Shown in pieces: positions 53,510 to 63,400 of a stretch of DNA of 64,000 bases. The notes under the pieces were generated by a model that saw only the letters and a program-made list of their open reading frames with translations, searched no databases and was not told where the DNA came from. Within the stretch, counting starts at the first letter, position 1. Every line of letters starts with the position of its first letter. Location: the NCBI GenBank assembly GCA_016933215.1, contig JAFGBH010000005.1, forward strand, positions 3,779 to 67,778, given 5' to 3'. Both the position numbers and the translations under genes were made by a program. This DNA comes from Deltaproteobacteria bacterium (lineage in GTDB: Bacteria; Desulfobacterota; Syntrophia; Syntrophales; UBA2210).

Positions 53510-54532
53510 ATGGGATCAGAAATAGAAAGGGAAAAGGCGGTTGATCTGGCCATAAGTCAGATCGAAAAGCAATTCGGAAAGGGGTCTATTATGAGACTGG
53601 GAGATGATGAATTTATCTCCGATGTGCCCGCCATCCCCACGGGCTCACTCAGCCTCGATATCGCCCTCGGTGTGGGAGGTATACCCCGGGGAAGGGTTGT
53701 GGAAATATTCGGTCCCGAATCGGGAGGAAAGACAACCCTGGCCCTTCATGTAGTGGCGGAGGCCCAGAAAAGGGGCGGACTCGCCGCCTTTGTCGATGCC
53801 GAACATGCCCTCGACGTGGCCTATGCACGAAATATTGGCGTGAATACCGATGACCTTCTCATATCGCAACCCGATACGGGCGAACAGGCTCTCGAAATTG
53901 CAGAGGTCCTCGTGAGGAGCGGTGCCCTCGATATCCTGGTGGTAGATTCCGTTGCGGCCCTGGTACCCCGCTCCGAGCTTGAAGGGGATATGGGAGATGC
54001 CCAGATGGGACTCCAGGCGCGCCTCATGTCGCAGGCGCTCCGAAAGCTCACGGGGAGTATAGGGAGATCGAAGACGACGGTAGTTTTTATCAATCAGCTG
54101 AGGATGAAGATAGGGACCTTTTTCGGCAACCCTGAAACCACCACGGGTGGAAACGCGCTCAAGTTTTATTCCACCATGCGTCTCGATATACGGAGGATAG
54201 CCTCCATAAAGCAGGGACAGGATGTGATCGGAAACAGGACGAGGGTCAAGGTGGTCAAGAATAAGGTTGCTCCCCCCTTCAAAGGGGCGGAATTCGACAT
54301 CATCTTCGGTGAAGGTATATCAGTTGAAGGAGATGTCCTCGATCTTGCTGCCGATCATGAGATCATAGAGAAAAGCGGTGCCTGGTATTCCTATAAGGGT
54401 GAAAGGATAGGCCAGGGCCGGGAGAATACGAAGAAGTTCCTGGTGGAAAACCCCGATATCCTTCAGCAGGTGGAAGACGAGGTGCGGGAGAAGTTCAACC
54501 TGAAAAAAATTGAAGAGAAAGAGGGGCAGTAA
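53510..54532 (+). CDS. recA: Recombinase RecA
   Basis: ORF track gives 53360..54532; the ATG at 53510 follows [45 protein letters not shown]...[15 protein letters not shown]. Confidence 0.95.
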   Translation: MGSEIEREKAVDLAISQIEKQFGKGSIMRLGDDEFISDVPAIPTGSLSLDIALGVGGIPRGRVVEIFGPESGGKTTLALHVVAEAQKRGGLAAFVDAEHALDVAYARNIGVNTDDLLISQPDTGEQALEIAEVLVRSGALDILVVDSVAALVPRSELEGDMGDAQMGLQARLMSQALRKLTGSIGRSKTTVVFINQLRMKIGTFFGNPETTTGGNALKFYSTMRLDIRRIASIKQGQDVIGNRTRVKVVKNKVAPPFKGAEFDIIFGEGISVEGDVLDLAADHEIIEKSGAWYSYKGERIGQGRENTKKFLVENPDILQQVEDEVREKFNLKKIEEKEGQ

Positions 54533-54637
54533 TTCCGGCCCGGCCCGACGGGTGTGCCATAGCTCTATAGCTCTGTCGTAACGGTATTCCCCCTGATTTC
54601 AGAGCTTGTAACCATTGCATCTGTCACGAATGAGTTC

Positions 54638-55135
54638 ATGATACAAGAAGACCCCCTATATGAGAAGGCAAAGGCGAAGGCCCTCAGGTTCCTTTCGTAC
54701 AGGGGGAGGAGTAAAGAGGAGTTACGCTCGAAGCTCGGCGAAAAGGGTTTCGATGAGACGGTCATAAGAAAAGTTATTGACAGATTCAGCGAACTCAAAT
54801 ATCTGGACGATGAAATCTTTGCTCAGGACTGGGCGCGTCATCTGGCCCTTTACAGGCTCTGGGGCGACAGGAAAATAGCGATAAGCCTTCGCGAGAAGGG
54901 CATTGATGAGCAGACAATTGACGGAGCAATTCGCTTTGCCCGGGAAGAGATAGGGCAGAAAGAGGCCATAAAAAGACTGATTGAAAAGAGGATTGCAAAA
55001 CGATCGGTTGAAACAACAAATTTTAAAGAAAAAAGGCGGCTGGCGCAAAATCTTCTTGGAAGGGGGTTTCCGCCGCCTCTGATATTTGATGTATTAGGAA
55101 AGGTCGAGGAGGATTACATTGATAACGGGGAGTGA
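54638..55135 (+). CDS. recX: Regulatory protein RecX
   Basis: 165 aa. ALRFLSYRGRSKEELRSKL...GYLDD..FA pattern, in the position recA-recX-alaS. Confidence 0.85.
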   Translation: MIQEDPLYEKAKAKALRFLSYRGRSKEELRSKLGEKGFDETVIRKVIDRFSELKYLDDEIFAQDWARHLALYRLWGDRKIAISLREKGIDEQTIDGAIRFAREEIGQKEAIKRLIEKRIAKRSVETTNFKEKRRLAQNLLGRGFPPPLIFDVLGKVEEDYIDNGE

Positions 55136-57761
55136 GATCAGAGAAAAATTTCTACGATATTTTGAGGAGCGGGATCACACGGTTGTGTCGAGTTCGGCTC
55201 TTATTCCGAAGGAGGACCCTTCGCTTCTCTTCACCAACGCGGGTATGGTTCAGTTCAAGAATCTTTTTCTCGGTCAGGAAGAACGCGGATATACAAGGGC
55301 GGCCACATCACAGAAGTGTGTCAGGGCGGGCGGCAAGCATAACGATCTGGAAAATGTCGGGGTTACCGCCCGACACCACACCTTTTTTGAAATGCTCGGC
55401 AATTTTTCCTTCGGAGACTATTTCAAAGAGGGAGCCGCCGAATTCGGCTGGGAATTCCTGACGGAAGTAATGGGGATTCCCAAGGAAAAGCTTTTGATTA
55501 CGATATACGAGGACGATGACGAGGCCTTTGAGGTATGGAACAAAAAGATCGGTGTGCCCGCCGAGAGGATATTCCGGTTAGGTGAAAAGGACAATTTCTG
55601 GATGATGGGAGAGACTGGTCCCTGCGGTCCCTGTTCGGAGATCATCTACGACCAAGGCGAGGGAGTCGGCTGTGGAAGGCCTGAGTGCGATATCAATTGT
55701 GAATGCGACAGGCATCTCGAACTCTGGAATCTCGTCTTCATGCAGTACGAGCGTGATGCCGAGGGCAACCTGACGCCCCTGCCGAAAAAAAACATCGATA
55801 CGGGAATGGGGCTTGAGAGGCTGGCAGCGGTGGTCCAGGGCGTACAGAGTAATTATGAGTGCGACCTCTTCGCCGGAATCATTGATTTTATCGAGAAGTT
55901 GACGGGTAAGAGATTCAAGGATAACAAAGAGGACGATATATCGATACAGGTTATCGCCGATCACTCGAGGGCCGTGACATTTCTGATAGCCGACGGCGTT
56001 CTTCCGAGCAACGAAGGGAGAGGGTATGTCCTGAGAAGGATTTTGAGGAGGGCGGCTTATCATGGGAAGATCCTCGGTCTCGATAAGCCCTTCTTGCATG
56101 AAATAGTTCTCGTGGTGATCGGGGACATGAAGGATGCCTATCCCGAGCTTCTCGACAAGGAATCCTATGTGAGAAAAGTGGTCATCAACGAGGAACAGCG
56201 CTTCATGGATACCCTCGACGCCGGGTTGAGGATGTTGACTGACGAAATAGAACTTCTAAAGAAAAAAGGTTCTACTATAATCCCCGGTGATATTATATTT
56301 AAACATTATGCTACCTATGGGTCCCCTACTGATCTGACAGATGAGGTGGCTCGCCTACATGGCCTTTCTCTCGATATGGAGGGGTTTGAAAAGGCAATGA
56401 AAGCCGAAAAAGAAAAGGCGCGCGAATCGTGGAAGGGAAGCGGCGAGGAGGAAGTGTCCGATATCTACCGCAGCCTTTCGCTGAAGGGTATCTCCACGGA
56501 GTTTGTCGGCTATGAGGGAACTATCGAGGCAACATCGCAGGTTATCGCGCTTCTGAAAGATGGCGAAGAGGTGGATGCCCTTTCCGAGGGCGAGCGGGGT
56601 GAAATAATCGTCAGGGAGACCCCCTTCTACGGCGAAGTGGGGGGACAGGTCGGTGATGTGGGTGTAATCGAGGGAGAATCAGTTTCCTTTGATGTCTGGG
56701 ATACGGAAAAGCCGCTGGACGATCTCTTCAGCCATGTTGGAAAGGTTACAGAGGGTGCCCTGCGTCTCGGTGATACAGTGACTCTCAAGACGGAAGAGGC
56801 CATTCGGAGGGCAATCGAAGCGAATCATTCGGGTACCCATATCCTCCAGGCAGCTTTGAAGGAGGTCCTCGGAGATCATGTCAAACAGTCGGGTTCGCTC
56901 GTCAATGCGGAACGTCTCAGATTCGACTTTACCCATTTTGCCAGGATAGAAGATGAGGAACTCGAGAGGGTAGAGGCGATTGCAAACGAATATATTCGAA
57001 GAAATATACCGGTGAATACGACAGTCCTGCCCAGGGAAGAGGCGATGCAAACGGGGGCGACGGCCGTCTTTGACGAAAAATACGGCGATCAGGTACGGGT
57101 CGTAAAGATGGGTGATTTCAGCATGGAGCTCTGCGGCGGAACACACGTGCGGAGAACCGGCGACATAGGGCTTATCAAGATCATCGGTGAATCATCGGTG
57201 GCGGCAGGGGTGAGGAGAATAGAGGCGGTAACCGGCGGAGAAGCACTGCGATATGCGGAAAAGATCGAGAGGGAGTTGAAAAAGGCCGCACTTCTCGTTA
57301 ATACAAAACCCCTGGAACTGTCGGAGAGGATGGAAAAGCTCCTGAATCACCAGAAAGAGATGGAACGGGAGATCCAAAAACTCAAGGGAAAACTGGCCGC
57401 CAGAGATTCCTCTGATCTCATGGTGCAGGCGAAGGAAATAGACGGAATAAAGGTCCTCGCCACCGCTGTTGATGCCCCCGACGTGAAAACACTGCGTGAT
57501 TTTGGCGACAAGGTGAGGGACAGGATTAAATCGGGCATTATTCTTCTTGGTAGCAAGGTCGATAAAAAGGCCATGCTTCTCTGCATGGTGACGGAGGACC
57601 TCACCGACAGATATCACGCCGGCAATATCGTCAAGGAAATTGCCCCTATTGTTGGGGGGAGCGGAGGCGGTCGCCCAGATATGGCTCAGGCTGGGGGGGC
57701 AAAACCGGAGAATTTAGGCAGGGCATTGGAAAAACTCGAGGATATTCTTCTTAGCCGCTAA
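55119..57761 (+). CDS. alaS: Alanine--tRNA ligase
   Basis: 880 aa. TGSEIREKFLRYFEERDHTVVSSSALIPKEDPSLLFTNAGMVQFKN. TTG start preceded by GAGGAGGA. Overlaps the recX end. Confidence 0.95.
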   Translation: MITGSEIREKFLRYFEERDHTVVSSSALIPKEDPSLLFTNAGMVQFKNLFLGQEERGYTRAATSQKCVRAGGKHNDLENVGVTARHHTFFEMLGNFSFGDYFKEGAAEFGWEFLTEVMGIPKEKLLITIYEDDDEAFEVWNKKIGVPAERIFRLGEKDNFWMMGETGPCGPCSEIIYDQGEGVGCGRPECDINCECDRHLELWNLVFMQYERDAEGNLTPLPKKNIDTGMGLERLAAVVQGVQSNYECDLFAGIIDFIEKLTGKRFKDNKEDDISIQVIADHSRAVTFLIADGVLPSNEGRGYVLRRILRRAAYHGKILGLDKPFLHEIVLVVIGDMKDAYPELLDKESYVRKVVINEEQRFMDTLDAGLRMLTDEIELLKKKGSTIIPGDIIFKHYATYGSPTDLTDEVARLHGLSLDMEGFEKAMKAEKEKARESWKGSGEEEVSDIYRSLSLKGISTEFVGYEGTIEATSQVIALLKDGEEVDALSEGERGEIIVRETPFYGEVGGQVGDVGVIEGESVSFDVWDTEKPLDDLFSHVGKVTEGALRLGDTVTLKTEEAIRRAIEANHSGTHILQAALKEVLGDHVKQSGSLVNAERLRFDFTHFARIEDEELERVEAIANEYIRRNIPVNTTVLPREEAMQTGATAVFDEKYGDQVRVVKMGDFSMELCGGTHVRRTGDIGLIKIIGESSVAAGVRRIEAVTGGEALRYAEKIERELKKAALLVNTKPLELSERMEKLLNHQKEMEREIQKLKGKLAARDSSDLMVQAKEIDGIKVLATAVDAPDVKTLRDFGDKVRDRIKSGIILLGSKVDKKAMLLCMVTEDLTDRYHAGNIVKEIAPIVGGSGGGRPDMAQAGGAKPENLGRALEKLEDILLSR

Positions 57762-57787
57762 GATATCTATGGCTTGGTCGGCCGCGT

Positions 57788-58078
57788 TCAATCTGATGTC
57801 AGGAAAAATCCAACACCTGCCAGGATGGCTATAAGGAAGCCGAATCCGAAATAGGTAAGAAGGTTTCTATAATCGGTAGAAAATGATTCATTCATGACCA
57901 GCAGATCGATGTTGACAAAATATCCCCAGTACAATGTGAAGAGATAGCAGACGAGAAGCGCCAGTTTTGTCCTTCCGAAAAGAAGAGCCGCTGTAGCAGC
58001 AATCAGAAGCAGAGCCACTTGAGAAAGCGGTATGGTAATCGTATTAATGAGAAAGAAATCCATCGGCGTTCCCTCCAT
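57788..58078 (-). CDS. Small membrane protein (about 3 TM), hypothetical
   Basis: 96 aa, hydrophobic (LLLIAATAALLFG, LALLVCYLFTLYWGYF, FGFGFLIAILAGVGFFL). No homolog recognised. Confidence 0.5.
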   Translation of the reverse strand: MEGTPMDFFLINTITIPLSQVALLLIAATAALLFGRTKLALLVCYLFTLYWGYFVNIDLLVMNESFSTDYRNLLTYFGFGFLIAILAGVGFFLTSD

Positions 58079-58086
58079 ATATGATT

Positions 58087-58200
58087 GTGAAGTTCCCCGC
58101 CCGCAGGGCGGGGCTTCCCGGTAAGGAAGAGTTTAACTATATTGCGCCCCTTAACCCCGCCTACAAGGCGGGGTTAAGGGTGCGCCCCCGGTCAATGCTT
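58087..58200 (+). repeat. GC-rich palindromic repeat, composite copy B4
   Basis: gtgaagttCCCCGCCcgcaGGGCGGGGcttcccggtaaggaag...attGCGCCCCTTAACCCCGCCtacaaGGCGGGGTTAAGGGTGCGCccccggtcaatgctt. Confidence 0.85.
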
Positions 58201-58285
58201 CCCGCGTTTTTATAATAAAAAAACTGCGAAAATAAAAGGGTAAAAAGATTGGTTGCTACCGGTTCTATTTCTATTGTGCGATTGT

Positions 58286-59329
58286 TCAGATATTCATCAC
58301 ATATTGAAGGATAATATAGCCTACGTATATTCCCAGAAGCCAGACCCCCTGCCACTTTTTGAACCACCCGTCTTTGTTGATGACGATAAAGGCCCTGAAT
58401 GAGAAGAGGACGATGAGCATGGCGGGAAAATGAAAGGTAAAGAAGTTTGCTGATATTACGAGAGGTCGTGTTACCGCCGAGGCCCCGATGACGAAGAGAC
58501 AGTTCAAGACATCGGCCCCCACGATGTTGCCTACGGTGATCTCGGGATGTCCCTTCCTCACGGCGGCAATGGCGGTTACCAACTCGGGAAGAGATGTACC
58601 CAGGGCAACCAGAGTTGCGGCGATAATGTCTTCCGGAACCCCTATTCTGCCGGCGATTTCCACCGAGCTCGGGACGAGCATCCTCGCCCCTGTGATGACA
58701 AGAAAAAGCCCGCCCATAATCATGAAAAGTGATTTTACCGCAGATGCCGATTCACCCCGCTCCGGAAGTTCGTGAGCCGTCTCCAGAATGCTTCTCTTCT
58801 GGCTCCAGAAGTAGGTGAGATACAGGTAGGCTGCGAGGAGAACAAGAAAAAGCCCGCCTACCCAGCGGTCAAGGACGGGTTGCCCTGGCATGGTGCCCCA
58901 GGCAATCAGCGAGATTGCTACCAGAAGGGTGGCTACCCCCACCTGAACGATGCCGGTACGGTTGAGAATATATCGATCGACGGGCACCCTCGAGAGGATG
59001 CAGGTGATGCCGAAGATGAGCGCCGTATCCGCAATGATTGATCCCACGCCGTTTCCCAATGCGAGACCGGGATTGCCCATCCAGGCGGCCATAACCGAGA
59101 CAAATGCCTCCGGTGTGGTGGTTCCCAGAGATACGATGGTCGCGCCGATGACTATTTTAGGAAGACCCGTTCGTTCGGCAAAAACAACGACCCCCTCTAT
59201 CATCCAGTCGGCGCCTCTCCATAGGAGGATTATGGAGATAGCTATGATAATCAGAAGATAGGTGGTGGAAAGTCCTCCGAGAAGGCCGTAGAGAAGTCTT
59301 TCGTCTGCAATCCATCGAAGAGTTTCCAT
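58286..59329 (-). CDS. Ca2+/Na+ antiporter (CaCA family, YrbG-like)
   Basis: 347 aa. Two alpha-repeat regions (GATIVSLGTTTPEAFVS and ATLVALGTSLPELVTA). Confidence 0.85.
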   Translation of the reverse strand: METLRWIADERLLYGLLGGLSTTYLLIIIAISIILLWRGADWMIEGVVVFAERTGLPKIVIGATIVSLGTTTPEAFVSVMAAWMGNPGLALGNGVGSIIADTALIFGITCILSRVPVDRYILNRTGIVQVGVATLLVAISLIAWGTMPGQPVLDRWVGGLFLVLLAAYLYLTYFWSQKRSILETAHELPERGESASAVKSLFMIMGGLFLVITGARMLVPSSVEIAGRIGVPEDIIAATLVALGTSLPELVTAIAAVRKGHPEITVGNIVGADVLNCLFVIGASAVTRPLVISANFFTFHFPAMLIVLFSFRAFIVINKDGWFKKWQGVWLLGIYVGYIILQYVMNI

Positions 59330-59336
59330 GTGATGG

Positions 59337-59822
59337 TTATTCTCCCAGCCTCAATGTGAACATCTGTTCCGTCAGGTCTATTCCCCATTGATGGACGTTC
59401 TTCTCTTTTAAGAGAATGAACCCCTCACTCTCGTAAAGCGATCGTGCCCTGTCGAGGCCCTTAAAGGTCCAGAGATAGATCTTTTCGTATTTTCTTTTCC
59501 TAGAGGACGAGATCGCAGTCCGAAGCAGTTCCCCTCCTATGCCCCGACCCTGAAGCCCGGGTGCCACGATAAACCACCTGAGACGGGCAACTCCTTCAGT
59601 TTCGGCACCTCCTATGGCGACAGAACCGGCAAAGGCGCCCGCTATCTTCGCGATCCACAATCCATCTCTTTCCGGATGAAAATGATCGATAAATTCCGAA
59701 AGTTCTCTTCCGACCTGCGTTTCGAATGTCATATCGAGGTTCCAGTTGTCATGGTAGTAGGTGGCATGGAGTTCGGTGATCCTGCCTATGACACCGGGAT
59801 AATATCCGGTAATCTCCATCAT
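59337..59822 (-). CDS. GNAT-family N-acetyltransferase
   Basis: 161 aa. ARLRWFIVAPGLQGRGIGGELLRTAI...KIYLWTFKGLDRARSLYESEGF. Resembles the GNAT half of bifunctional HTH-GNAT regulators. Confidence 0.85.
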   Translation of the reverse strand: MMEITGYYPGVIGRITELHATYYHDNWNLDMTFETQVGRELSEFIDHFHPERDGLWIAKIAGAFAGSVAIGGAETEGVARLRWFIVAPGLQGRGIGGELLRTAISSSRKRKYEKIYLWTFKGLDRARSLYESEGFILLKEKNVHQWGIDLTEQMFTLRLGE

Positions 59823-59867
59823 ATTTTCCCTTAGTCTGAAGAATGCAAAAACCTGGGATAGTGCTTT

Positions 59868-60194
59868 CTAAAATAGCTCTAAGTTATCTTGTTTCGGTTG
59901 TTTTTTCTTTCTACTGCCTTTATTGCTTGTGGTATGTTTTGTGGCTTCTTCAGGCGACGTCTCGTCAGTTATGACGGGTATTTTGATATTCATAACCGCT
60001 CTTTCTATAATGGACGAGAGGCTTTCACCCGTCATTTTTCTTTCCCGTTCAAGAACTTCCTTCGTCACTTGTGATAAAAGTACTGTGACAGGCCTTTTCC
60101 CCTCAAGCCGTTTCTTCTCGATATATTTCCTCTGTCGTTCCTTTCCTGATGTGCCCATGATAACCTCCACGTCACTTGTAACATCATACTCCAT
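59868..60194 (-). CDS. Hypothetical small basic protein, possible ribbon-helix-helix fold
   Basis: 108 aa (or from the internal MGTSGKE...). RPVTVLLSQVTKEVLERERKMTGESLSSIIERAV has a strand-helix-helix pattern. Lys-rich C-terminus. Confidence 0.4.
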   Translation of the reverse strand: MEYDVTSDVEVIMGTSGKERQRKYIEKKRLEGKRPVTVLLSQVTKEVLERERKMTGESLSSIIERAVMNIKIPVITDETSPEEATKHTTSNKGSRKKKQPKQDNLELF

Positions 60195-60491
60195 GCCCTG
60201 TCAACCCTAATGAAAAGAGTTAGGGAATAACTATAAATGAAACCTAAAGGATGAGGCGTAAACAGCGACTTTGGTAATGATAGTAGCTATAAAGATCTGA
60301 AAAATGGATGATGCTTGATGAAATTCAATCTTTGGGGTAGTATACGAAAATCCAGAGGGTACCCTCTCCATCATTCAGTGTGAGCTGGCTTCTCAACAAA
60401 AAGAAAAACCTGCTAAAAGCCGGAAAATTATATTTGAAGCCGGATTTTTTAATAGTATCGAATAGTGTTAAACTATTCTGGAAGTTACGAT

Positions 60492-63400
60492 ATGAAAAAG
60501 GGGACAAGAAAAATCCTTTTCGATCGAGAGGATCGCGAGCTTCTTGTAATCGTCAGTGAAGTTCTCAACAGAGACATATCGAGAAAGTATATCAAAAATC
60601 TCCTGAACCCCTATCTCCACCCTCATGGAATAAAGGAAATGGCGGCATCGAGAGAGCTGCGTATAGCCTATGCAGTGGTTCATCTTCTGAATTCTCTTGA
60701 GGTGGGCGAGGAAAAGGACAGGCTGGCCGCACTGCGTTTATTACGAGACGAGGTCCTCTACAGCACCAAAAGTTATCTGAGAAAGAATACAGCCCGTGTG
60801 CTCATACAGATTATGAAAAGGCTTGTCCGCTCAGAGGGAGATTCTATAAGCAGGCTGGAGTTGGCCCACGACTTTCGAATGGTTGCAACAGGAAAACCGA
60901 GAGTCGTCCGTGAGCAGTTGAGAAGGTACCACCTTCTTGAGATGTCGGAGGAGTGGAATCAGATCGCGACGGATGACCACGTGCATGATGTGAATACAAA
61001 GGGGAGAAAATCACCGACACATCTGATTATGGATGCCTGGATAAAGGGCATACGGCGCCTGAAGGTAGTTTACTATAATTATGTAAGGTCCGATGTGGCT
61101 GCTGAGCTTCTTGAGGCGGCGGAGATCATGGGCATTAGGGTACGTATAGGCGTTGAGCTTTCTTCGAGATTCCGCAATCGATATGTACAGTTCATCTGGG
61201 CCCCGAGAGGGCTTCTGGACGCACAGGATTATCTCAAATTCCTGGAAGAACCCGAGGTTAAAGCATTTACAGAGGAGGGGCGCATTGTATCTGAATACAA
61301 GGGGCGTTTCGTTCTCTCGGTACTTCGGGAATTCAATGAGAGACATAGGAAGGAAATCGGTGAGTGTTACGGGATTGAAATACCCTTTCTTGAGGAGAAA
61401 GAATTTCGAACATTTGTAGGGACGGGTCAGGTATCGATACTTCATCTGGCGGAATTTATTCACTCAAAGATACTGCCGGAAATGCGGGCCCGCACGGCGG
61501 AACTGAGAAATCTTTACAACGGTGCAGAGAGTGATGAAAAAAACAGGCTGATGAGCCTTGTAGAGGAGATGAATGTTCTTGATTCGGAAGCTATCGTGGA
61601 AAAATATCTGAGGCCGTCGTGCAACCCGAATATCCCCGATCCCAATGTTCCCAGAGACGACCCTGATGTTCCTCAATTGCTTATGCTTTCTCCCCGGGAA
61701 CTTATTGGAAGAATGACTCGTCTCCATTCGGGTTACAGCATTACGCTGGGCCTCACCGATCTCGCCATCGAGGATGTCCTTGAACTCCTTTACGACTGCA
61801 GGGGAATGATAACCCATCTGGAGAACTTCAACCTTAAAGATTATATAATGGGGAGGAATCCCCACTATAGCAAGATAAATGAACTTCAGCGGGCAATAAA
61901 TGATGGCAATGTCATCTATCTCAAACGCATTATCACAGATATCATAAAAGGGCTGAAAGTGTCGGATCATGATAGGGGGGGAGACAGGATCGCGAAATTC
62001 ATACATATCCTGCACGATATCGAGGCATTTCAGTCATATTATAAGGGTTCCAATCTCAGGAGCCGTGTGGGGAGTGATTCGACGGGACGTTCCCATCACC
62101 TCTACGGCATGGGAATGGTAATAAAAGATACGCTGCCATCAAGGGCGCAGCGCGAAATAAAAAAATCCCCCCCCACTTCACGGCTCATCGTTCCCATCCA
62201 TACAGGGGTTTTTCTGCGCGTTAATTATATACCCAGGACAATTACGAATTCACTCCTCGATACCGTGTACCGTTTGTCCAGCCGTTTCCCCGGGCTTACG
62301 TTTATGGGTAAGAAACGTCGTGAAGAATGGGAAATTATGCGATACTCGACCATGATTGGTACTAAGGGCAATGTGGTGACACTTGGAGGAATCGATGAGG
62401 AGAGTTCAAACGAACTCTACCTTACTCCTCCGGAGAGGAGAAAAGAGGGACCACAGATTTCCTGGACGTATATGAACAGCAGTCTGAAAAACTGGATCAA
62501 GGTCTTGTGTGGTTTTGTGCCTGCCTTTGTCACCTTCTTCCTGACCAAGGACTGGTGGCTTCTTGCCTATTTCGGTGCCTTTATATGGTTCGGAATCACG
62601 GGACTCAGGAATATTCTTCAGTCTGTCCTGGGAGGGGGCGGGATACGTCGTTCACCCCTTCTCAGATGGAATGATTATGTGAACTGGGAACGCCTGACGG
62701 ATTCTCTCCTTTTTACGGGCTTTTCCGTTCCTCTCCTCGACTATATCGTAAAGACCGTTATCCTGGACCGCATGTTCGGGATTACCGTTGCAACAGGTCC
62801 GGTTGCGCTCTATTCGGTGATGGCCGTCGCGAACGGACTCTATATATCGACGCATAACGCATTTCGGGGTCTGCAGAGAGGCGTCGTTGTCGGCAATTTT
62901 TTCCGCACCGTAATTTCCATACCCCTTGCCTTGTTATTGAACATTTTCGCAGGGGGTATCCTTTCGGGGTTTGGAATTGCAGGGGCTGATCTTATCCTTC
63001 AGAAGTGGGCGGCCATTATATCCAAGGCGGCCTCAGACTGTGTGGCCGGTGTCATTGAGGGTCTCGCCGATCGCTATCAGAATATCCGAATCCGTCTTCG
63101 TGATTATCGCGGCAAACTGGAGCAGATTTTTGATACCTATACACGTATGGAGATATTGTTTCCCGAATCGGACGTGCTTGAAATGCTCGAATCTCCCAAG
63201 AGGCTTATACGCAGGATAAAAGAAAAGGCGAGCGATCTGGAAAAGATCGTTATTATAAATGCCCTTGATCTTCTCTATTTCTGGATGTATCAACCGCGGG
63301 CAGAGAGTGCGTTGAAGATGATTGTAAGGGAGATGTCTCATGAGGAGCGACAGATTTTTATTCGTACACAAACAGTGCTCGAACGAAACCGCGAGATAAG

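Noticed and set aside
58144-58189. Idea that the CTTAACCCCGCC/GGCGGGGTTAAG palindromes are integron attC sites (RYYYAAC ... GTTRRRY)
   Set aside because: The inverted cores are separated by only 5 nt, so the whole palindrome is under 50 nt. The boxes do not fit the R/Y consensus exactly. No intI integrase or cassette-like promoterless ORF array is present, and the flanking genes are housekeeping.
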